Assembly: GCA_000165425.1 (NCBI GenBank)
Contig: CT868039.1
Span: 62,001 to 126,000, forward strand
DNA: 64,000 bases
Source of the DNA: Paramecium tetraurelia
Lineage: Eukaryota
Direction: 5' to 3'
The notes under the pieces were generated by a model. The model searched no databases, was not told the origin of the DNA, and was given only the letters and a program-made list of their open reading frames with translations. Shown in pieces: positions 15,690 to 28,095 of this stretch. Each line of letters begins with the position of its first letter. The first letter of the stretch is position 1. The position numbers and the translations under genes were made by a program.

Positions 15690-16472
15690 AATCCTGATCT
15701 AGCTAAATGAAAATTTGCTCATCTTACTTACCCCCTCATCAAATAACTGTAAGGACTTGAGTCTCACCCTTCGAATACAAAGCAGAACCATTAGCAGTTG
15801 GAAAATATGGATTAGTTTTTCTATTTTTTTATGCATTTTATTTTATTATACAAAGTCTTTTACCAAAGTAATAAGCCATCTCGACACTTGATTCAATTCT
15901 AATAGTCACCAAAGCTGATATAAATTCATCAATAGAACATTCTGGTATTTCCCTTTAATTATTACCACGGATACATCATTGATAACTGTAATAATTTCTG
16001 ATTTCGTATTTTGAAATGTCATTCCTTTCACCATAAAACTGGGTTTTGAAATGGGAGATCAGAAAACAATAAAGCAGGAGATACCCAAGCAATGCAGCCA
16101 TCTTAGGATCATAAAAAAGAGTTGTGCATGATATCCGAATTTCTACTTCAGTAAAATCTGAGAGAATAATAGTCTTTTTTGCCTATCTAGCCTGTGTGCA
16201 ATAAAAATCTCTCTTTCACTCAGCTTAGTTTCGCGTTTTATGAAAACCACCCCAATATTTTTCCAAGAAGCATAAAATTGGTATTGATACTTCACCTGCA
16301 ACGGCGAAAAACCCTATATCTTTGTCCAATTTAGAGCAAGCTACCATTCAAAACACCGTTGTATCTCGTATTTTACCACTACAGAGGAGTCAGGTTGTGT
16401 AGTTAGAGCTCTTGTTTTCAGTTGCACCTAAATTGGGCAATAAAAAGGAATTTTTGAAGTATCTAATGACAT
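15690..16472 (-). pseudogene. pnp: Degraded bacterial-type polynucleotide phosphorylase (PNPase) fragment
   Basis: Colinear PNPase blocks across frameshifts: LKTRALTTQPDSSVVVKY/DTTVF, GFF/PLQVKYQYQFYASWKILG/KRETKLSEREIFIAHRLDR, ALLFSDLPFQNPV, ECSIDEFISAL, FPTANGSALYSKGETQVLTV, DEQ. In-frame TGAs, an internal deletion and no evident introns. Confidence 0.85.
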
Positions 16473-16529
16473 CCAGTTTTTCTTGGAGTTACACTCTACT
16501 TTACAGCCTCTGAGTAGAATTTGATAAAA

Positions 16530-16850
16530 TCACTTACGTATATACCTAAATCCTTTGTCAGTTCTCTAATGTGAGTGGAAGACTTGTTTTTAAGGTATTG
16601 GAATAGCCTTGTATATAAATTAACTAACATCACAAAACTTCTATGACTGCTAAAGTCATTTTTGGTCATGTGTAAGTGCTCAATTTAAACTCTATATTTT
16701 AGGAGTAAAAAGGGACATGGTTTCTCTTTTGGATTTGTGAATTTAGCTTTCTCTCTCAAGAGCCTTGTTGTTCGACTCCTTCTAGTACTACAGATACTTG
16801 CTTCAGCTCTTTATATTGCTGTATTTGATTTTGTTTTGTTTCTGCTGCCT
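16530..16850 (-). pseudogene. rpsO: Degraded bacterial-type ribosomal protein S15 (uS15); 5' end approximate
   Basis: SLFTPKIQSL/IEHLHMTKNDFSSHRSFVMLVNLYTRLFQYLKNKSSTHIRELTKDLGI/RK-TGA aligns by eye to the S15 C-terminal consensus (..EHL...KD..SRRGL..LV..RRLL.YLK......Y..LI..LG.RK). It ends 57 bp before the pnp-like ATG. Confidence 0.75.
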
Positions 16851-17242
16851 TTTTATTCTTCCATTTTATCTAACAATAAGGTTTGAGCATAACGAATACT
16901 TAAGTTACTGTTTTCAATACAATAATTATATCAGTACCACTATAAAAACCACCATAGATATTAAGATAGTTTTATGAAAAATCCTCTATATGCTATTTGT
17001 TTTTGCAATTTCGAAAGAATTTATGTTTTTTAAAGTGTTTTTCTCTGAATCTAATTGGGAGTTTTCAATTGTTAACGATATATCTCAAATGAATGATAAT
17101 TTAATTTATATTTAAACTTAGATTTCCAATCAAACCTTACTTTAGTTAGTTTTGTTGAATAAATATGTTTTCAAGAAATTTTCTTTAAAACGATTATGTA
17201 TAGTATCTGGTGAAAGCTTGAGAACATCTTTCTGGCTCATGA

Positions 17243-17266
17243 ATATTGCTATATTGCTATATTGCT
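17243..17266. repeat. Perfect 8-bp tandem repeat (ATATTGCT)x3
   Basis: Read directly from the sequence. Confidence 0.9.
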
Positions 17267-18254
17267 CCATACACTTATTACTTTGAGCACTAATTTTCTA
17301 TTTTATGGTAAAGAAAAATAACACTATCAAAAAGAGTAATTGCTTCTACAATGATGTGGTGCGTAGGGATATCTTAATGTAATATGAGCACATCTCGTTA
17401 TACTCAATTCCCCTTTTAGAGTATTTCCTCCATAAAGAGAATCTTTGTTCTTTTGACGTTTTCATGATCTTTAGTTTAATATTAACCTATCAATTAAGCC
17501 CATATTTGGTTATAATCTGTATCCAAATTATCAAAGAGTTTTGTAAATTGTTGAAGATGATTTATCTTTCATCATTTAATTGACATTTCTCTTACATAAT
17601 TTCTTTTTAGTTTAATTGTATTTTTTTATATTTAAATAAAATTAACTATACTTTAAATGATTAACGAAATAATTCAGAATGATTAAGGTATGATTTATCA
17701 ATCTTTCATCTTATTACTATGATTAATTCTGATATTATTGTTAATTACTTCAGTTAGCTGCATTGATTTACAATTTATTAATTTAAACCTAATTTATTCT
17801 CTATTGCAAAATGAAAGATAATTTAATATCTTGAAAGATATCATTTAAAATAATTAAAATAATATGGTTCCCAAGAGTTTTAAAAGTGTTGATATTAACC
17901 GTCAATTTGATTGTAGCATGTTTGATCACATTTTTCAATAATCTAAATTGTTTACACCAGCAGTATTAACATCGGGTACCTAATTTATTAATATAGATTT
18001 AGAATTCTTTGAAATCTGAGTTTCTAACAAATCCAGAAGTTACATTGATGTATTAATCTTACAGGAGACATGTTTTAAATAGTGGTAGAATTTAACTATG
18101 AATGATGTTTATTAATGCTGCTTGTTAGTTTTTAATAATCTTTACCTTGATTGAATAATAGATTTAATTATTAATTTGATTTTATGCAATAATTGAGTAA
18201 TAATTAGTGCATAAATAGCAAATATTTGTATAAAATAAAGTGATAATTTATTAA

Positions 18255-21200
18255 ATGAATATTGAAGAGCTGAAGGATTCTATATAGAAGTTAGGGTCGC
18301 AATCACAGGAGTAAGATAAAATACATTATTAAAGTTGCCAGAAGGAATTGGAGATAGTATGGTAATAGATCTAACATTAAGTGGGTTTGGATTTGATATA
18401 TCAAAGTGGAAAGGCAGTGATTGAATTGAGATCGTAGGCAACTGGTTGGAAAGTAAGTTATACTGTTATTGAGGATAGTAAGCAAATAAAATCTTGTCGC
18501 ATATAGTGAAGGTGTGTTTAAATAATAAGGAATAATTAAAGGCATGGGAAACATTGAAGATTGTGATGGATCCAGACAAGCAAATATATAAATGCCATGA
18601 GTTGCATTAGATTGATGTAAATTAGGTATCAGTAACAAAATGATGAGATAGTTTTCACATCATGAATTCACATAATATGAGTTTTGTGCAGAATTGCAAG
18701 AAGGTTAATAAGTGGATGCATTGTATGAAGATGAGAAGGGAAATGTGATAGGTTGGTGCAGAGCGACGATTGACAAGTTGAATGAGAAATTTGTGTGGGT
18801 CAAATGGCATGAGAATGACGATAAGAGGAAGATAGTCAGATACTCCATGGATTTGGCACCATTCAAAAGCAAAGTCACTGATGAAGAGTGGCAATGGAGA
18901 CATTCCTTGTAACCTGGAGACCTAATTGATTGTTTTGAAAACAGACATTGGCAGAATGCAACTATTATTGCAGCCTTGAAGGATGAAGAGGTCGAGTATA
19001 TTGTAGGCTTTAGAGTGTATGATGAGAAGGGCAATCTCTATGATTCGATGGGCAAGAGATACATCGGTTGGAATTCTCAAAACGACGAAAGGATTCGAGC
19101 AGTTAATCCCAGAATCCAAAAGAGAAATACTTTTTCTAAAGGTCAATATCCTAATCCTTATTGTCAGGAGGATATAATTATGGATTGCAACGATTTCTTA
19201 TACCCAGACACCCACTATGCCATACCTCGCTTTACTACCAAGCAAACTGGTCGTTCGATCGTTCTTACTTAGATGATCAACGATTTTGGGACTTAAGGGT
19301 TATTTCATTATATTTTAGAATAAATCTAAGCTAAATGTACAATAGACTTCCTTCACTTTTATATGCAGGTTCTAAATAACATCCATGAAATGTTGAATAA
19401 ATAATTCGTTACTAGTTATGTTCCAACTCTGGAGATCGCTGTTTAAAATAATATTCTATAATCTCCAGATAACAATCTGCGTAATTTCTCTGCTTAGAAA
19501 ATAACAGACATTTTGTAATCATTAGCAAATTTGTTGAAAAGAGTCTACACCTTATAAAGAAGATAAGAAATCATTGATAAATTTGATTTCGATATAGCAT
19601 TTAAATGTTTCACCAGTGATTTCTTGGAGAGAAAAATCCAAGGACTCAAGGCAATTCAGGAATTGATTAAGCGAACCAAAGACCAATATAATTAATATGG
19701 AATTCAAGAATACTAGAAACAGGCTGCTATCTAAACGATATTGGAATGGTTGAATGAAAAGAAGATATTTGAATCATTATATGTTGGATCAGGTAATTCC
19801 CATCTTGTTTAGAGAAGTGGAGAATTCTTTAAATTTCTTGTTGAGGAAAAGATGATCGGAATACAGAATCTAAAGGAGATCTTGAGTAGTTTAGATAAAG
19901 CAGAATATGAACATAAACTAGCCATTCATAAGTTGTTCAAGGATGTATCTAATTCTCTGGACAAAGAGTGGCTGGATTTCTTAACTGATGAAATTTGCAA
20001 CAAAGATCCAAAAGAAGTGAGCAAAGATGATTTGGATTTATTATTAGATATTGTCAAATCAAATCATAAGTATAAAGAAGATTACATTTAAAAATGTTGC
20101 AATTGCTATTGGAATGTCTTAAAGGATGGACAATTGAATTAAACTCTTTTTGAGTAGTATCTAGCACAGTATATTGAATAAGTGACTTCTTTTGAAATGA
20201 GACCACATAAGGGAGGACAAGTTAACATGATTGGAGAAAGCATTGTAAAATTGTAATCCCCTCTTATTGGGTTGAAAGTACTAACTAAATTAATTGAAAA
20301 GTTGGACATCACAGTTGCTGTCTGGGAATAATATACTCGTAACACAGCTTTGACTGATTTACAATAGAACTATTAAATCATAGAAGACGTTATCTTTTAA
20401 ATTAAAAATGCCAAATAGTAAAATGAAAACTTTGAAGAAATCAAAGTGAGGATGAACTTTATATAGATTTTTTATTAGAACATCACTACATATGATTATC
20501 GATTACAATTCAAAGTTATATCTACTCTATGGGAATTATTGGTTTGCAAATCTGACTGCTAATAAGAGAAAGAACTAGTTTATAAATGGTTTAATGCATT
20601 AAATAATTTGGATGGACAGTCTTAATTGGCATCAATGGTTACAAGCTAAGAATTAAAGAAGTTTTTTAGTGAGAAGATGACAGCTGATCTTGCTCACTTG
20701 ACTGAAGAAGGATTTAATTGTTTAAAGACTGTTTTATTGACAATTAATAAAAGTGAGTCCTTTGGAATTGATGTCTTATGGTAAATAATACTAGAAGGAG
20801 AGAATGAGAAGGTCTCATAGATGGCGATTGAATATTGTCATTTATTTGAATCAAGTGTGGATAGATTGTTTCAAAAAATATAGGAAAATAGGGAATCAAA
20901 TTAAAAGTTGCTCAGATGTTTATTAGTATTAGAAGATTTCATAGATTAAAGTGAAGTAAATGGAGTTGGAAACTTAAAGAGTTTGAATGCTCTCTCTTAA
21001 GGAGAAGAATTGTTAATTTAAATTTAGTATGATAATAGTCAGCAAAGAAGATTTACAATTCAAATTAATGATAATCAAACTATTGTTGAATTGAGAGTAG
21101 CAATCAGCAAGGTGATTAAGATATAATGGGATGCTTTAGGTTTGAATAGTCTAAAAGGGGAAATTAAGTTTACAGAGAATGGAAAGATGATCAAGGATCT

Positions 21201-24200
21201 GAGATTAAAGAAAGATGAGATAATTATAGTTTTTAAAAAGTAAATTAAGGAAGTCCCAGAAGCTCAACTATTAGAAGGGGATAACCTATCCGAATAGGCT
21301 AAGGTTGTATTTACTGAAATCTTCAGCGAATATTCAACCGATGGCAAAATGACGAAAGAGGATTGCACTAGATTTGTAACTGGATGCACTGGTAATCCAT
21401 GCAGTATTGATGATGCTAACATTCAAAGAACATTTGAGTAATATGATAAAGACAAAGATCAAATCTTAACTTTATAGGATTTCTTTGAGTTTTATACAGA
21501 TTCAGCTAGAACTAAGAAATCAACTGTTTGGTTGAATTTGCAAACATTACACTATAGAAATGATCTAATAAGAGGTGATAGAGTGCCTTTGCCTCAAATC
21601 AATCCCTAGTAATTACCAAGAGGTTAGATAGTGTAAAATTAGGAATATTTAGATTTGCTATTTGAATTCCTCTCAAGTTCTAGTATTGATGTGTAAGAAA
21701 AAACTTGGTATTTATTGAGAAGATTGCCACCTTCACCTTAATTGATCAAATAAATGTTAACATTTGAAAATATTACTAAACCAACAGATTGGGATTCAAT
21801 TTTAGTGAGCAACCATTATAGATTGCTATACAGTTTGTATATTATAGAATTTCTGATGAATCAATAGGATTCGAATAATTTACAAGCTCTGATAGAGGAT
21901 CAAGATATCCTAAATTTAAAAGATAAATGGATGAGTAAATTCTTGTAATATGGCGGTTTCGATAGATTATTATAGTTCTTCAAAGAATATCAGGACAAGA
22001 GTGTTAGTACTTTATCATAAATTGAAAAAGAGATCTTATCATTTTTATTAAACACATTCTAAAATTATGTGATTGCTGCTTGTGCTGTTCAGATTCCAAA
22101 TTTATTTAAGGCTTCAAGAGGAATTCAAATAATTAGACCATTAGATCAAGTGCTATTAGATATAAGATAATCTGAAGAGCCCAAGGAATTTTAATTGTTG
22201 GTTTAAAAGTTGAAGGAAAGTAGATTAGGGGATAACATAATAGAAAAGATAGAGAACTTCATCTCTGTTCTAATCAATCTGATATAGGAATTGTTAAAAT
22301 GTAATGAATTGGAATAGGAGGATAGATAAATTATCGAACATAGCATAATAATTATAATAGTAATCCTGTTACATAATCAAGAATTGTTAGTGAAAAGTAT
22401 TGAAAACATCGAATTTATTAACATATTTTTCAGTGGCATCTTTACTGGTAATTCTGATACTTTGCGTAATCTGTTTAGTAGAGCCATTCTTGTACTTTGT
22501 CATGAAAGTTAAAAGAAAAACAATTAACCAACAAGAATCATTTTACAATAGTTGATAGCCATGGAAAATTCTCAGGGTAGTTCTGCTCAATATTATGAAT
22601 TATTGAGTCAGTTAATAGATAGTGCATTTGAATCTGAAGAATCCTAACAATTCATTGATTATTAATAACTCAGTTAATAAGTATTGCAGAATTTAATGAA
22701 TTATTAAAGTTAGGAAACTAGATCCAAAAATACTTCAACTGACAAAATATTGGTTGGCTTATTGAATCTCTTGACCAAACTATATAGATTCATTAAGCAA
22801 CCAATTGTTGACATTATCTTCAATGATTGTTTATTTAGTATGCAAGAAGAGAAGGAGATCAAATGCAAGTCTGCTGATAGTAGAAAAGTAGCATTTAACC
22901 TACTCAATAAATTAGCTTAGTAATAGAACATGAATACCATCATAGCAAACCTCTAATTGTTAAGTTAGAAAATACCAAATATCAATAGATGGAACTATAT
23001 ACCTACAAGTGAAATCAGAAGTACTCTGGGCTATTGTGGTATAAAAAATCTAAGATGCATTTGTTACATGAATGCAATGTTACAACAATTTTATATGATA
23101 AAACCCTTTAGATATGGTATACTACAGGCTAATGATCAAAAAGAGGTAGACTTACAAATTAGTAAGACAGGATTTACTTATGATGATAATGTGCTACATC
23201 AATTGCAATAAATGTTTAGTTATTTAGAACTATCAGATCGCGTTGATTATAATCCTTAAGAGTTTTGTGCAGCTTTTAAAGATTATGCTGGTGAGCCAGT
23301 CAACATATTTATATAATAAGATGCATAAGAATTTTTAAATATGATATTTGATAAATTGGAGAATATGTTAAAGGAAACCGTCTATAAAAACATTATGGAT
23401 GGAGTATTTGGTGGAAAGACTTGCACATAGATTTAATGTCAAAATTGTAAAGCAACAAAATCAAAGGATGAAATATTTTACAATTTATCTTTACCGATCA
23501 AGAATTTAAAGAATTTGTAGGAGTGTTTTGATAAATTTGTTTAAGGAGAGATTATTTCAGATTTCAAATGTGAAAGTTGTAATTAGAAAGTGGATGTGAA
23601 CAAATGTTAACTTTTGGCTCAATTACCAAATATATTGATTTTGCATCTTTAGAGAATTGTATTTAATTTGGACACTTTTATGAATGAGAAGATTAATACA
23701 AGATTGGAATTCCCAATTAATTTAGATTTGCAATAATACACGATTAACAAGGATTAATGCACATCATATAAATTAGTTGGAGTAGTTGTTCATGTTGGTA
23801 CTGCAGATGTTGGACATTATTTCAGTTACATAGATATCAAAAATCAGGATTAATGGTTAGAGTTTAATGATCATAAAATAAAAGAATTTAAATTGAAGTA
23901 GATGCAATAAGAATGTTTTGGTGGATCAGGTAATATGGATTATAATGAGAATGACGTATGGGGATCAGGATTTAGAGAGAATTCTTAAAGTGCTTACATG
24001 CTTGTCTATGAAAAGGTTTAGAAAGATCAAATATCTCTTGTATTCAATAGTGAGCAAGAACTATAAAATAATTTACACTAATTTGAGAATTACACAATAG
24101 ACCCCAATTAAAAAAATTGCCTATTGGTTGACTATAATTCATAGAAACCTTATATTCCAAAAGAGTATTAAAGCAAAGTGAATTGTGATAATCAACAATT

Positions 24201-26268
24201 CCTATTAGAACGTAATCTGTTTAGTCAAGATTTCTTGAAATTCATCCTAGATGCAAGTGAATTTGTGAATGAAGAGAATGCCAATAAGATGATTGATGTA
24301 TTAATCAAGTTTAATTATGATCTGTTGTCAAGATCATATGAAAATTCATTAATGGAGTAATTCAATACCAAAATCTTACAATTAATTTAATAATATCCAA
24401 ATATCAATTACCTTGATTTGGTTTACTTTGGCAAATTAAACAAAGTGGTGGATTTATTATTAGTGTGTCCTGAGGCGAGAACACGCAAACACTTTAGCAA
24501 ATTGTTATCAACCCTATTTAATTAAGCAATCTAGATTTAAGGAGAAATCACAGAAAAATTCAATGAAGGATTAGATCAATTATTCTTGATGATTCAAGAT
24601 CAAGTCCCTAAGAATTGGACTAGATATGAATTTTATTTTCAATTTTGGTTAGACTTTTTGTAAGAAGGCAAACCCTAATAAGAATACTTGAAGAAGAAAA
24701 ATATGTTCCTATATATGATAGATTTTATATTAGATAGAAGCAGTCCATTACAATTGTATGAAAAAAAGGTGTAAATGGGGAATGCCTATGTCGCTATGAA
24801 TATCCAAATTTAAGTTTAAATAGTATCTACACTATTGAACCTAGATCAATAATTAAGTTTGAATGAGAAGAAATTATTGTATTAACCTAAGTTATACGAT
24901 AAAATACTGAAAACTAAAGTAGATGACATTTTACCTTTGATATAAAAATTATCTTATAAGAACAAGTACTTCTCAGAGATCATTTCAGGATGTATTATGC
25001 GTGGTATGTCGAATGGTGAGGTTGATGAATTCAAGAATTATTTATAAGTAGCTTAATCCTTCTTATTGATTGATGACAATCTCTAAATTGAAAGGCTAGA
25101 ATGGTTAATCGGCATTCCATCATCCAAACAAAAGGACTCAACAAAAATCTATGATAATCAAATAAATGAAATCCCATCATTTGGATTGTTTGGACTATCG
25201 AGTTTGGAAGAAGATTACTGGACATTTGCCAGTCCATTAGGGTGGTCAAATTGTTTATTTGATTATTTCTGTTCTCACAGAGGAATCAAAAATTATGATA
25301 CCCAATGTTTATTAATACTCAAGTGTCTCCTTCAAATAAGTGTCTAAAATCAAACATGCTTCAACTACATTTCCAATCTGCCATGCGTTAATTATCAATA
25401 CGTAATTATTTTATCTATTTGTAGAAATATAATGAAGACATCTTCAAGACCTTTATAGACATTTACATTTTAGATACTAAGCGATTCTATTCATTGAATA
25501 ATCGTAAATAGGAATCTGAAGAAACTAAACTTCTACTTGAAGAATACCTAAAAAAATTAGAGTAGACACGTGACCCCTCTAAACCATAGTATGATTATAT
25601 CATTGGAAAATCTGTTGAAGTCATTAAAAAAACTAAGCTGTTTTATCTATTCAATCCTGTTACTAAAGAGGAATTAACAGTTAACGAAGAATCTTCAAAC
25701 TTTAAATAAATCAAATAACAAATTGATGATGGATCACTTCAAAAAATTATAACTTTAGAAGTAAATAATCTTATTATCTTAGGAAAAAGTCTTCATTACA
25801 CATGTTTGTGACAATCTACCAACTGGGTAAACAAATGAAGCCTTGCCTGAATAATATGTAAAGGGAACCTAAATACATCATTTTTCAGTTGATCCAAATT
25901 CAGAAGCAGCTAATTTCATATAATCTAAAGCTTGGAATGTTGAGAGCAATGATAAAGCAGTAGTATCTAATCCAAGATAGGCTGAAACTGTGAGGTAGAT
26001 ATAATTGCAGAATAATACAAATCGAAATCTCCAAGTAATCCTTGAAATCAAAGGACCGTAAAATGCTTGTCATTACATTCCTACTTCTAAAATTTAATCC
26101 CTCATGAATCCAAAAATTATTGCTACAATGCTTACAACTATCAAGATGAAAAGCCAAGATGAATTTCCAAAGTTAGATTTATTTTTGTAATACAAAAAAC
26201 AAGAACCTAAGTCAGAATCTTATCTGTATATATCAGATTAAAATGAAATGAATTTGGAGTTGTTATGA
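18255..26268 (+). CDS. Giant ubiquitin-specific protease (USP9X/24/34-like), ~2600 aa
   Basis: Cys box GIKNLRCICYMNAMLQQF (~23035), QQDAQEF and His box YKLVGVVVHVGTADVGHYFSYI (~23770). Long helical regions, an EF-hand-like segment at ~21300-21560 and a few tiny introns. Confidence 0.92.
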
Positions 26269-26329
26269 TCAAGTGAAGTATATCTAAAATTATTATAAAT
26301 AAATTTCGTTTGTTTAATTTAACAATGGT

Positions 26330-26441
26330 TGGGGGTCTTTCGACCTCTAAAAATTTCTGTAAGTCACCGGTATGAGCCCAACCCACGGTAATCTTTAGTA
26401 AAAGGCGAAAAATTAGCACGTAATAGGTTGAGCTCGGTGAT
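26330..26441 (-). ncRNA. U5: U5 spliceosomal snRNA
   Basis: The minus strand carries invariant loop I (UUCGCCUUUUACUAAAGA), a closing stem AUCACCG..CGGUGAC, an Sm site AAUUUUUAG and a terminal GGUC-GAAA-GACC hairpin. Confidence 0.96.
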
Positions 26442-26495
26442 GAATAAATTAAATGTAATTCTAATTCACTTTATATATTTAATTAAATTTTTAGA

Positions 26496-26507
26496 TTTTA
26501 TGGGTTT
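26496..26507 (-). promoter_or_regulatory. Ciliate snRNA upstream sequence element (AAACCCATAAAA)
   Basis: Lies ~55-66 nt upstream of the U5 5' end and resembles the ACCCAT-core element known upstream of ciliate snRNA and telomerase RNA genes. Confidence 0.7.
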
Positions 26508-26914
26508 AAGTATATCTATTATTTAATATGTCCTTCAGTGCATTGCTTACCTAGCTACAAAAATAACGTTAAACAACAAACATAGCAATAAATCTATAAG
26601 CTAGGGAAATGCAGTAAATCATTTTTTTTAGATGAAGGAATAATTAAAATAAAATGCTGAAATGCTAAAATTTTGAGATATTTTCATGTGAATGGAATCA
26701 GTACTAGCTTTATCAATTAAATATAACAATAATAATGGTAAGAGCATAGTCAACAAAATTCAAAGAATAGATAGACAAGGGAATTTACAATTATTAGTCC
26801 ACTAAAGAGCTATATATATCATTCGCATCTATTATGATTCTTCCCTTCTACAATTATATATTTATTCTTTCCAATCATTACTTAAATTATAATATATTAA
26901 TTATAATAAAATAA

Positions 26915-27311
26915 ATGAGTGAAAGCGAGAGTGAAAAGTAAGATGGTTAAATGGATTTTTACAAAGAAGCTGTGAAATTATATTACTATAATTGTATCTT
27001 GTACAATCATGTAAGGAATATAATAAATGGAGTTGGAAAAAGTAATGACAGAGAGGAATGATCTAAAAACTAAAGTGCTGAAATATGAACTACTAGGAGG
27101 GGAATTAGCATAATTGGATGACGATGAAATTATGAATTAATTAGAAGATAGAAAGAAAAAGAGCAGAAGAACCGCGGCAGATATTGATCGTCAATTTTTT
27201 TGCACCTTTAATAATTGCAAAAAAGCCTATGGTACCGAAGCCTCACTTATATAACATCAAAGATTAAAGCATGGAGTAAATAGTGGCATGGATGCTTATT
27301 TTAGAATTTGA
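26915..27311 (+). CDS. Small C2H2 zinc-finger protein
   Basis: RRTAADIDRQFFCTFNNCKKAYGTEASLIQHQRLKHG preceded by a coiled coil. Short introns near the 5' end. Confidence 0.85.
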
Positions 27312-28095
27312 TATTATTTGAGGACAATTAATATTAACTTTAATTTATGATCAAATTGCATTCTTAAAGAAGAATAATAATCATCATACAAAACATATTG
27401 ATGATAATATTCTATAATTAATTCATAAAAAAATCCTTTACATCTTATTTGATGATATAATAAATAAAATTCAAAAAAGATCAAAATGCACAATCTATTT
27501 CTTATTAACCAGTTATTATTAAGTATACTGATAATACTTCAGTCTTAATCAAGACTCAAATAACATGATGATATTCGACAAAATATCTAACAACAAATTA
27601 ATTCTGTAACATCAACAGATATTAATTTACACTTAAAAAATAGGAAATCCATTTAGGGATTATCACTATAATTGAATAAATTAATTACTCAAAATTAATT
27701 TTCGGTTATTTTCTTATATTTTTTGCAAGACTAAAAGTTGAATATATGAAGAATATTCATAGTTTGTAATATGTAGCATTTTATATACATTATGGAATTT
27801 TTCTGAGATTTTCAAAATCATAAATTTAGAAGATTTATCTAAAGTTATCAAATTATATTAGATATATTAATTATGTCCTATGTATTCCAATATTATTTGT
27901 TTGTTTAATTGTTATCACAAATTAATAATTATTTATTTTGACTTACACTATATCTATCTCACATTCTTATAGTCGATGTTAAATCGTTCAGATTATAGAA
28001 AAAATGGATAAGTGATATTTACATATATTACTACTTCATTTTACAGAAATGTTATAGATTCATTCTTATTTAATTAAATTTCTAATTTTGTAATT

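Noticed and set aside
26207..26419. 70-aa minus-strand ORF in the track
   Set aside because: It overlaps the U5 snRNA and the USP 3' end, so it is not a protein gene.
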